Source of the DNA: Candidatus Eiseniibacteriota bacterium
GTDB taxonomy: Bacteria; Eisenbacteria; RBG-16-71-46
Length of the DNA stretch: 64,000 nt
Reading direction: 5' to 3'
Assembly (NCBI GenBank): GCA_963744995.1
Contig: CAVUWA010000011.1
Span: 1-64,000 of the forward strand
In this document: piece by piece, positions 11,603-19,932 of the stretch
Position numbering within the stretch: the stretch's first letter is position 1
Layout: each line of letters opens with the position of its first letter
The notes under the pieces: model-generated
Told to the model about the DNA's origin: nothing
Databases searched by the model: none
What the model saw: the letters and a program-made list of their open reading frames with translations, nothing else
Position numbers and translations under genes: made by a program

Positions 11603-12202
11603 CTAACTGCCCTTCAGCCGCGTCACCCTGCCCGCGGGCGAGAACATGTAGACGTTGCCGGCCCAGGAATCGAACCTGACGCCGTCGTACTGTTCGATCC
11701 TGGTGACGAGGAGATCGGTCGTGTGATGGTCCGAGAACCACTGCACGGCGTCCGAGGCGAACACGTTCGCTCCGGTGAAGGCGGCCAGCTCCTGAAGGAG
11801 GCGGATGCCGTTGCCGTCAAACCCGAGGAGCGGGTTCGAGTTGGCGATGGCGCACGCCAGAACGTCGATCGTGGCCCGCGGGCGGAAGTACTGTCTCAGC
11901 ACGCTGAAGCGGCGCACGGTCGACGAGGTGAGGTTCTCGAGCCCCAGCTGAACGCCGTAGCCACCGAGGAAGTCGCTGCGCCCGACGGCGTTGGACTGGA
12001 GGTTCGCCGAGTCACTGTTGTAGGGCCTTTCGATCCCGTGGCCGATGATCGTCAGCTTTTCGATCCTGCCGAACCCTCCGGCGGCCATCTTGATTCTGCC
12101 GAAGATCGCCGTGAACGGTGTGGCGCTCCCGACCACGATGTCGGTGGGCCGCGGGTTCCGCATCCTGGCTCCCACCCGCGTGTCCAGCAGCCGAATCATC
12201 AT
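11603..12202 (-). CDS. Stand-alone DUF4347-like (caspase/C80-like fold) protein
   Basis: IEKLTIIGHG ... VQLG ... IDVLACAIA ... G.RLLQELAAFTGANVFASD pattern; GAGGAGG RBS before the MMIR start. Confidence 0.6.
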   Translation of the reverse strand: MMIRLLDTRVGARMRNPRPTDIVVGSATPFTAIFGRIKMAAGGFGRIEKLTIIGHGIERPYNSDSANLQSNAVGRSDFLGGYGVQLGLENLTSSTVRRFSVLRQYFRPRATIDVLACAIANSNPLLGFDGNGIRLLQELAAFTGANVFASDAVQWFSDHHTTDLLVTRIEQYDGVRFDSWAGNVYMFSPAGRVTRLKGS

Positions 12203-12615
12203 GACGTCCTCCTCGTCAGCGGTCCGTTGTCGCGCTCCCCCGGCGGGGCCCGCGGGTGCGCGCGGGAATGCCCCGCACCGGATGCGCACCCGGCAGTCGG
12301 AACAGGGCCGTCAACAGGACAGGGACATCGGCGCGGGGGCCCGTCACGGAAATCTTGCCGCCGCCCGGTGCATCGCCTTCAAGGGACCGCAGGGGCGTCC
12401 GCGGGCGCTCCCGGAGCGCCGCGGGGCCGCCTTCCAGGCGCATGCCGGCCCGCCGCGGCCCGTGCCCGCCGCCCCGCGGGTTCCGGGTGCGCACTTCCAC
12501 CCCCGTTGCTGCTAATCTGCAGGCGCGCATGACCGGTGGCATGATGCGCGCCGGCGGGCGGGGAAGCGGTCCCGGCAGACGGGATCCAGGCGGTGAGATC
12601 CGAGGGCGCTATCGC

Positions 12616-14960
12616 ATGGCGATGAACAAGGACTTCGGCGGTTTCGAGCTCAAGGAGAAGATCGGCAGCGGCGGCATGGCGTCGGTCTACCGGGCGGTGC
12701 AGAAGTCGCTGCAGCGCGAGGTCGTCCTCAAGATCCTCTACCCGCATCTCGCCGACGACGAGAAGCTGGTGCAGCGCTTCGAGCGCGAGGCGCGCGCCGC
12801 GGCGATGATGCGGCACGAGAACATCATTCAGGTCATCGACTGCGGCCGCTACGACGACGTGGTGTACATCGCCATGGAGTTCGTCGAGGGCATGGACCTG
12901 CGCCAGTGGCTCGAGAAGCACGGCACGCCGCCGATCGAGATGGCGCTGCTGATGTTGCACGACCTGTGCCGCGGGCTCGAGCACGCGCACGGCCACCGCA
13001 TCGTGCACCGCGACATCAAGCCGGCGAACCTGATGCTCACCCCCGACGGCACGGTGAAGCTCATGGACTTCGGGCTCGCGCGCGGCGGCGCCGAGACCTC
13101 GACCCAGATGACCATGGTCGGCTCGGTGCTGGGCACGCCGGCCTACATGTCGCCGGAACAGGCGACGGGCGAAGTGGTGGACGAGCGCGCCGACATCTTC
13201 TCGACGGGCGTGGTCGCGTACGAGCTGCTCGGTGGCCAGCGGCCGTTTGCGGGCGACTCCTACTCCACCGTGCTGCGCTCGATCCTCACGGTCGAGCCGG
13301 TGGGCCTCACCGAGTTCAACCCGGTCGTGCCGGCGGACGTCGCGCGCCTGGTGCGCGGCATGCTCGAAAAGGACGTCCACAAGCGTACGGCGAGCATCTC
13401 GCAGGTGCGCGAAGAGCTGGGCGGCATCATCGAGCAGATGGGCCTCACGCGCTGGCGCGACCTGCTGCGCGAATACGTGGCCGACCCCGAAGCCGTGGGC
13501 GCGCGGTACCGCAAGAAGCGGCTCGCGCGGCATCTGGACCAGGGCGTCTACTTCGAGAACATGGGGCTCGGCAAGATCGACGACGCGCTGCTCGAGTTCC
13601 GCCGCGTGTTGCACCTCGAGCCCGACAACGCCGCGGCGAAGGAGCACGTGAGGAAGCTCGAGCGCGAGCGTGAGAAGCTGGTGGCAGAAGCCGCGCAGCC
13701 CGCCGAGCCTGCCGGGCCTCAGGGCGTGGACAAGACGGTGGTGCTGCCGCCGCCTGCGGCGCCGCCGCCCGCAGCCCCCGCGCCGCCACCCGCCGCCGCA
13801 GCGCCGCCGCCGCCGCCGCCGGCAGCGCCGCCGCCGGCCGCCGCGCCGCGGCCCGCCGCGGCCCCGCCGCCCGGGACGCCTGCGCGCCCCGCGGCCGAAG
13901 ATTCGGTCAGCTACCCGCCCGCGCCCGTCCGCCCCGCGCCCCGGCCCTCGAACGCCTCGAAGCGGCCGCCGGTGCCGGTGCTGATCGGGGTCGGTGTGCT
14001 GGTGGTCGCGCTCGTGATCTTCGGCATCTCGATGATCGGCCGCGGCCACTCGCCCGAGCCGCCGCCCGCGCCGAAGCCGACGCTCGATCTGTCGGACGAC
14101 ATGGCGGGCGGGACGGCGCCCGCGCCGACGCCGGCGCCGGCCGAGAGCACCGAAACGGCCGCGCCCGAGACGCCGGAGGCGCCCGCCGCTCCAGCCACGC
14201 CGACGTACGAGGAGGCGCGTGCGCTGTACGCGGCGTCGCGTTTCGACGAGGCTGCGACCGCGCTGCGCAAGGTGATCCTCGGCGGCGGCGTGCCGCGCTC
14301 CGACCTGCGCACGGCGCGCGAGATGCTGGCGCAGGCGTACTCGCGCGCCGGCCGCGCGGCCGATGCGACCGAGGAGTACGTGGTGATCCTCAAGGCTTCC
14401 CCTGGCTACACGCCGCCCGCCGGCGCGTCCAGTGCCGATCGCGCCGCGTTCGACGCCGCGCAGCAGCAGCTCGCGGCCGCGGAAGCGCCGTCCGAAACGC
14501 CGAAATCGACGGGCAGCGGGCCCGCCACGGTGACGGTGCACGCGGCGCCGTTCGCCTCGGCGCTGCTCGTGGACGGCAAGGCGAAGGACTCGAACAAGTC
14601 GCTGTTCAAGCTTCACGGTGGACGCCGGCAGGCACACGGTCACGATCAAGCATCCCTTCGCTCGGCGAGAAGACCTGGACCGAGGACTTCGCCGCCGGCG
14701 AGACGCGCGACCTGAGCTACGACTTCATCAAGGCGTCGGCGGGCAAGATCAGCGTGACGGCCGAAGGCGGCTGGGCGGAGATCTACCTCGACGGCCAGCC
14801 GACGAAGCGCACGACGCCGGCGACGCTCGAAGGGGTGCTGCCCGGCGAGCACGTGGTGAGCCTCGTCAGCCAGTCGTACAACATCGAAGGCGGCCCGCGC
14901 GTGGTGCAGGTCAGGGTCGGCGAGCAGGTGTCGGTGCAGTTCAAGCTCAAGAAGAAGTAG
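12616..14960 (+). CDS. Membrane Hanks-type Ser/Thr kinase (kinase, TPR, Pro-rich linker, TM, helical TPR-like module, PEGA domains); two frameshifts near 14613 and 14657
   Basis: IGSGGMASVY, VLK, HRDIKPAN, DFG, GTPAYMSPE motifs; TM VLIGVGVLVVALVIFGISMIG. Restoring frame gives ..TVDAGRHTVTIKHPSLGEKTW..GWAEIYLDGQPTKRTTP..PGEHVVSL..KKK* (PEGA-like). Confidence 0.88.
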
Positions 14961-15010
14961 CAGGCCGTCCGGGCCGCCCGGCCCGGGGGACACTCGCAAG
15001 GAGGCTTTCC

Positions 15011-16036
15011 ATGGGTTCGATTCGGCCCCGGTGGCGGCCTTTCGCGGCGGCGATGTTCGCCGTCGTGATCGGCATCGCCGCTCTTCCGCCGTTGCAGGCG
15101 CTGGCGCAGACCGAGACGCAGACGCCTCCCGTCGAGGAGGCGCGCGCACTCTACGAGCAGGCGAAGTTCGGCGACGCGATCACGCTGTTGAGGTCCGCGC
15201 TCTCGTCCGGGCAGGTGGCGGGCGCGAACGCGCTCGCCGCACGCGAGCTGATCGCGCGCTGTCTGGTGCGCTCGGGCAACCGACTCGAGGCGAAGGAGGC
15301 GTTCAAGGGGCTGTTGCACCTGAACCCGTCGTACCGGCCGGCGCCCGGGGCGCTGCCGCCCGACGAAAGGGAGGTCTTCCGACTCGCCCTCGATGAATTC
15401 CAGAGCGAGCAGATCGAAGCGGGCAATCGCGTGCCGGCGAGCATCTCGTTCATGTTCGGCGTCGGCAGCGGCGACAACAAGGACCTCGGCGAGGTCGCGG
15501 CGGCGGGCGGCGGCGACGACAAGTTCGACGTCGATCCCAACTTCGGCGCCGCGGTGCGGTTCCCGATCAAGCCGCGCTGGTCGGTCGAGATCGAGATGCA
15601 GCGTTTCCGCGCCACCAATGCCGACACGTTCCCTGCACCGAACCAGACGGAGTACGAGATTACCGCGCTGCCGCTCTCTGTAAGCGTCTACTACGCCGCG
15701 ATGACCAACCCGAAGTGGCGCGTCAACGTGTTCGGCGGCGTGGGCTCGATGCTGGTGGCCACCTCGAGCATCCGCTTCAACTTCGGCTCCGCGATCTTCT
15801 CGCTCAGCGATCAGAAGAACGGCTTCTACGGCCACGCCGGCGTCGAGGGCGAGTACCTGGTCCATCCGCGCTTCGCCGTCTACGGCCGCCTGCTCGGCCG
15901 CGTGGCGAAGGCGAGCGACCTGTATTCGGATTCCGAGATCACACTCTATTCCTCCGATGCCGCGATCAAGGGTCGCGAAGTGGACTTCAGCGGCTTCGGC
16001 GCGCACGTCGGCGTCCGCGCGTACATCGGCTATTGA
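15011..16036 (+). CDS. Outer-membrane beta-barrel protein (OmpW/OmpA-like 8-strand type) with N-terminal TPR-like helical module
   Basis: GGAGG RBS, signal peptide, helical N-domain, alternating beta strands, C-terminal aromatic signature GVRAYIGY. Confidence 0.75.
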   Translation: MGSIRPRWRPFAAAMFAVVIGIAALPPLQALAQTETQTPPVEEARALYEQAKFGDAITLLRSALSSGQVAGANALAARELIARCLVRSGNRLEAKEAFKGLLHLNPSYRPAPGALPPDEREVFRLALDEFQSEQIEAGNRVPASISFMFGVGSGDNKDLGEVAAAGGGDDKFDVDPNFGAAVRFPIKPRWSVEIEMQRFRATNADTFPAPNQTEYEITALPLSVSVYYAAMTNPKWRVNVFGGVGSMLVATSSIRFNFGSAIFSLSDQKNGFYGHAGVEGEYLVHPRFAVYGRLLGRVAKASDLYSDSEITLYSSDAAIKGREVDFSGFGAHVGVRAYIGY

Positions 16037-16091
16037 CGGCACGGCCCGCCGCGCCACGTGCGCGCGGGCCCGGTCCGCAAGGAGGCATTGC

Positions 16092-17111
16092 ATGAAGGCG
16101 AGAATGACCGGACTCCTGGTGCTCGCGCTCGTGTGCGCGGCCACGGCTCCGCTGGGCATCCGCGCGTGGGGCCCCGCGCCCGCCTGGGCGCAGACGGACG
16201 ACGTCTCGGCGGCGCAGGCGCTCTACGACCAGGGCCAGTACGCACAGGCGGCGACCACGATCCGCGACGGATTGTCGAGCGGGCGCATCTTCGGCAATCA
16301 GGTCGTGAGCGGTCGCGAGCTGCTCGCGCGCTGTCAGGTGAAGATGGGCGAGGTCGCCAACGCGAAGCGCACGTTCCTCATGATTCTCGATCAGGACCCG
16401 CTGTACCGGCCGGACCCGCTGCGCGTGCCGCCCGACGAGATGGCGGTGTTCAACGAAGCGAAGAGGCAGTTCGACGCCGGGCAGCAGCGCGCCGCCCAGC
16501 GGTTGCCCGCGAGCATCGAGATCCACTACGGCGTGGGCAGCGGTGACAACAAGGACTTCGGCGACTTCGTGGCCACGGGCGGCGGCGACAGCAAGTACGA
16601 CAACAAGCCGCAGTTCGGCGGCACCGTGCGGTTCGCCATCGCGCCGAAGTTCTCGGTCGACATCATGATCGAGCGGTTCCGCGCCACGGACGCCGACTCG
16701 TTCCAGTCCAATCCGGGCGGCGGGGTGAAGTACGAGATCACCGCGATCCCCGTCGCCGTGAGCCTCGCGTACCTGCTGCACGACAGCGATCGCTTCCGCG
16801 GCTACGTGTTCGCGGGCGGCGGCCCGCTGCTCGAGGCCACCTCGTCGCTGGATCTGCCGTTCTTCGGCGTTCCGATCCAGATCGCCGACGACAAGGTGGG
16901 CACGTACCTGCACGCGGGCCTCGAGGGCGAGTACCGCTTCCACCCGCGCTTCTCGATCAGCGGCCGCGTGCTCGGCCGCCTGGCGAAGGCGACCGGCCTG
17001 TTCAAGGACACCGGGCTGTCCTACGAGCCGGGCACCGTGATCGACGATCGCGACATCGACTTCTCGGGGTTCGCGGCGACGATCGGATTGAGGGCGTACG
17101 TGGGGTATTAG
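16092..17111 (+). CDS. Paralogous TPR-like + outer-membrane beta-barrel protein
   Basis: AAGGAGG RBS, signal peptide, colinear similarity to 15011-16036 (GVGSGDNKD, RFRATxADxF, YEITA), ends GLRAYVGY. Confidence 0.75.
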   Translation: MKARMTGLLVLALVCAATAPLGIRAWGPAPAWAQTDDVSAAQALYDQGQYAQAATTIRDGLSSGRIFGNQVVSGRELLARCQVKMGEVANAKRTFLMILDQDPLYRPDPLRVPPDEMAVFNEAKRQFDAGQQRAAQRLPASIEIHYGVGSGDNKDFGDFVATGGGDSKYDNKPQFGGTVRFAIAPKFSVDIMIERFRATDADSFQSNPGGGVKYEITAIPVAVSLAYLLHDSDRFRGYVFAGGGPLLEATSSLDLPFFGVPIQIADDKVGTYLHAGLEGEYRFHPRFSISGRVLGRLAKATGLFKDTGLSYEPGTVIDDRDIDFSGFAATIGLRAYVGY

Positions 17112-17121
17112 GGGTTCGCAC

Positions 17122-17153
17122 CGGGGCGGGACGGCGCTCGTCGTCCCGCCCCG
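17122..17153 (+). terminator. GC hairpin closing the kinase/barrel cluster
   Basis: CGGGGCGGGACG / CGTCCCGCCCCG 12-bp inverted repeat 10 bp after the stop; no U-tract. Confidence 0.5.
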
Positions 17154-17344
17154 CCTGCGTGCCGGTGAAGCGCCCCCCGCGCGCGGGCCGCCCTCCCTCG
17201 GGGCCGCCTGACGGCCCGGAATGAGAACGGCGGAATTCCCACCCATTTCATATTTCGCCGATTTATCGGGCTTCGATCATCCTTTCGGATGCTACAATTC
17301 CGGCCTGCTCGCAACAGATCCTCGTACCCCGGGGGGCCGGCACG

Positions 17345-19813
17345 ATGACTCGCTCGTTGGTATTGAGCTCGAGCCTGGTGGCCCTGATGATGGCCGCCGG
17401 CAGCAACGCCGAAGCGAACTGGCTGCAGAACGGCGTTCCAGTCGTCGCGATTCCCAACGCACAGACGACCCCCAGTGCCGTCCCCGATGGCGCGGGCGGC
17501 GAGATCGTCGTGTGGGCCGACTACCGCGGCGGCGCGGAGTCGGACATCTACGCCCAGCGCATCGATGCCGGCGGGAACACGCTGTGGCCCGCCGGCGGCG
17601 TTCCCGTCTGCACGGCGCCCGGCGATGACGTGCTCCCGATGATCGCGTCCGACGGCGCGGGGGGAGTGATCATCGTCTGGCAGGACGATCGCGCGCCCGT
17701 CTCGACCGGCACCGACGTCTACGCGCAGCGCCTGAACGGCGACGGTCAGACGCTGTGGCTCGACAACGGTGTCCCGATCTGCACCGCCGCCCTGGCCCAG
17801 ACGCAGCCCCAGATCTACACGACCGGCGCGGTCTCGCTGATCGCCTGGGAGGACACGCGCAACGTCAATTCGGACATCTACGTCCAGCGCGTCGACGAGA
17901 ACGGGATTCCGCTGTGGACGACGAACGGCGTCGCCGTGTGCACGGCGGCGGGGGACCAGACCGCGCCGCGGGTCACCACCGACGACGCCGGCGGCGCGAT
18001 CGTCGCCTGGGACGACTATCGCGCCGGCGACCTGGACGTCTACGTCGGGGCGGTGAACTTCTTCGGGACACCGCAGTGGACCTTCAACGGCGTCCCGCTT
18101 GCGACGGGCACGGGGACGACCCAGCGCGGTGCGCGTCTCGTGCCCGACGGGGCGGGCGGCGTCATCGTGGTCTGGGAAGGGAATCCGTCGACCAACTTCA
18201 ACATCTACGCACAACGCCTGGACTACGCCGGCAACACCCTCTGGGGGCTGACGGACAAACAGGTGTGCACCGCCGCAGACGATCAGCAGCGCGTGAGTCT
18301 GGTCGGAGACGGCGCCGGCGGGGCGATCGTCGCATGGGACGACCGGCGCTCGGGAGACCACACCGACATCTACGCCCAGCGCCTCTCGCCGCTCGGCGCC
18401 GGCCTCTGGGTCGACAACGGCGTGCCGGTCGGGGCGACCGTCGGCAGCAGTGTCTCGCCCGTGATCGCGCAGGACGGCGCAGGGGGCGCGGTCGTCACGT
18501 GGAACAGTTTGATCGAGGGCAACTCGCAGACGACGGACGTGTACGCCCAGCGGGTCGATGCGTACGGTCAGACCCACTGGACGGCGGGCGGCGCGCCGGT
18601 CTGCACGGCGCCGTCGATTCAGTACTTCCCGACCCTCGCCGTCCAGGGCGGAGCGGCGTACGTGGTCTGGTACGACTTCCGAAACGCCCAGACCGCGGAC
18701 GCCGACATCTATACCCAGCGTGTCGAGCTCACGTATGGTGCGTGGGGACGGCCGGAGCCGGCGATCACTTCGGTCGTCGACAACCCGGGCGATCAGGGCG
18801 GCGTCGTGACGCTCGACTGGACGGCCAGCGAGCGCGATGCCTATCCGCTGCAGGAGATCACCCACTACTCGATCTGGCGGGCGGTGGACGCCGTGACGGC
18901 GCAGCACGCGATGCAGCGCACGGGCGCGCGCGCAGACGCCGTCGGGCTCGCGGATGTCGGACGTGACTTCGAGGGACCTGCCTATCGCGTGGAGCACACC
19001 GCGGCGGGGAGCTACTACTGGGAGTTCGTCGATACGCAGGACGCGCTGGCCGCCGCCGGGTACAGCGCGCTCGTGCCCACGCGACAGGACTCGACCGCGG
19101 CGGATCCGGCGCTCCATTACTTCCAGGTCGTCGCGCACACGTCCGACCCGCAGATCTTCTACGCTTCGGCGCCCGACAGCGCGTCCTCCGTGGACAATCT
19201 CGCCCCGGCCACCCCGCTCGCGCTGGTGGCGATGCGGGCCGGCGGGACGGCCGTGGACCTCGCCTGGACGCCGGGCGGCACGCCCGAGCCCGATTTCGCG
19301 GAATACCGGATCTACCGCAGCGCGACCGCCGGCTTCATCACCGACCCCGCACACTTCCTGATGTCCGCGCCGGCCACGACGGCCACCGATCCCGCGGCCG
19401 ATCCGGGCTCGAACTGGTACTACAAGGTGGTCGCCGTCGACGTGCATGGCAACCGCAGCGGCGATTCGAACGAGGCGCCGGTGCAGGGCGTGACCGCCGT
19501 GGGCGACGCGGTGCAGACCGTGTCGACGTTCGAGCTGCTGCCCAGCACGCCCAACCCGTTCCGCTCGGCGACGGAGCTTCGCTTCGCCCTGCCGCAGGGG
19601 GGCGCGGTCACCCTCGAGGTCTATGACGTCGCCGGGCATCGGGTCGTGTCGCGCGAGCTGGCTTCGATGGCTGCGGGCTGGCATCGCTACGCGTTCGATG
19701 GACGCGACGACACCGGCGCCCTGTTGCCGACCGGCATGTACTTCTACCGTGTGGCGCCCTTCGGAATGCCTGTAACGGCCGCCACGACGAGGAAGATGAT
19801 CATCGAGCGGTAG
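17345..19813 (+). CDS. Secreted 8-repeat (predicted 8-bladed beta-propeller) protein with FN3-like stalk and T9SS/FlgD-like CTD
   Basis: Signal peptide; 8 DGAGG repeats; PGDQGG..YSIWR..YYWEFV..SVDNLAP stalk; PNPF..YDVAGHRV..GMYFYR CTD. Confidence 0.9.
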   Translation: MTRSLVLSSSLVALMMAAGSNAEANWLQNGVPVVAIPNAQTTPSAVPDGAGGEIVVWADYRGGAESDIYAQRIDAGGNTLWPAGGVPVCTAPGDDVLPMIASDGAGGVIIVWQDDRAPVSTGTDVYAQRLNGDGQTLWLDNGVPICTAALAQTQPQIYTTGAVSLIAWEDTRNVNSDIYVQRVDENGIPLWTTNGVAVCTAAGDQTAPRVTTDDAGGAIVAWDDYRAGDLDVYVGAVNFFGTPQWTFNGVPLATGTGTTQRGARLVPDGAGGVIVVWEGNPSTNFNIYAQRLDYAGNTLWGLTDKQVCTAADDQQRVSLVGDGAGGAIVAWDDRRSGDHTDIYAQRLSPLGAGLWVDNGVPVGATVGSSVSPVIAQDGAGGAVVTWNSLIEGNSQTTDVYAQRVDAYGQTHWTAGGAPVCTAPSIQYFPTLAVQGGAAYVVWYDFRNAQTADADIYTQRVELTYGAWGRPEPAITSVVDNPGDQGGVVTLDWTASERDAYPLQEITHYSIWRAVDAVTAQHAMQRTGARADAVGLADVGRDFEGPAYRVEHTAAGSYYWEFVDTQDALAAAGYSALVPTRQDSTAADPALHYFQVVAHTSDPQIFYASAPDSASSVDNLAPATPLALVAMRAGGTAVDLAWTPGGTPEPDFAEYRIYRSATAGFITDPAHFLMSAPATTATDPAADPGSNWYYKVVAVDVHGNRSGDSNEAPVQGVTAVGDAVQTVSTFELLPSTPNPFRSATELRFALPQGGAVTLEVYDVAGHRVVSRELASMAAGWHRYAFDGRDDTGALLPTGMYFYRVAPFGMPVTAATTRKMIIER

Positions 19814-19932
19814 GACGCACTGCGGCCAGCCGCGTGACCCGGATCGAATTCGATTCATATTCCGGCGGCGATCCTCCCGTCGGGCACTGATGTCTCATGT
19901 CGAGCCTCGTCCCTCACCAAGGAGCAGGCACC

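Noticed and set aside
13745..13945. CCG-rich tract as a DNA tandem repeat element
   Set aside because: It encodes the Pro/Ala linker of the kinase.
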